This document shows, piece after piece, positions 63,986 through 64,000 of a stretch of 64,000 bases of DNA; within the stretch, counting starts at the first letter, position 1; each line of letters starts with the position of its first letter. The DNA comes from Octopus vulgaris. Lineage: Eukaryota. Position numbers and translations under genes: made by a program. The stretch covers positions 36,084,001 to 36,148,000 of the forward strand of contig OX597822.1 in assembly GCA_951406725.2 (NCBI GenBank), given 5' to 3'. The notes below the pieces were generated by a model. That model was not told the origin of the DNA, did no database searches, and worked only from the letters and a program-made list of their open reading frames with translations.

Positions 63986-64000
63986 GGATGTAGTAGGGAT

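Larger units (their letters stand above)
62869..64000 (+). repeat. 356-bp tandem array with one HHR per unit (non-LTR retrozyme-like); runs off the window edge
   Basis: 63391-63644 repeats at 63747-64000 (period 356); partial unit 62869-62918 matches 63696-63745. Confidence 0.85.

Overview
AT-rich, microsatellite- and SINE-saturated animal genomic DNA. The tRNA-SINE families point to an octopus or other coleoid cephalopod (inference). Almost all ORF-track entries are artefacts of microsatellites or SINEs. Host coding signal is limited to two convergent gene ends that the ORF track misses: a + strand terminal exon (14424-14534) and two phase-consistent - strand exons (46208-45999 and 41105-40931) of a repeat-type protein. 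The rest is transposon DNA: four or five SINE families, CR1-like, CRE-like and RTE-derived fragments, a Tigger-like fossil, a Helitron, and hAT and TTAA MITEs, often nested. The most interesting hidden layer is RNA structure. At least eight type I hammerhead ribozyme (HHR) motifs, intact or decayed, sit in several unrelated non-coding elements: Penelope-like inverted or direct pseudo-LTRs near (TA)n tracts, and a 356-bp tandem array at the right edge with non-LTR retrozyme architecture. Both array copies carry a C3/A8 core mismatch. All structures were read by eye; no folding or database search was run.
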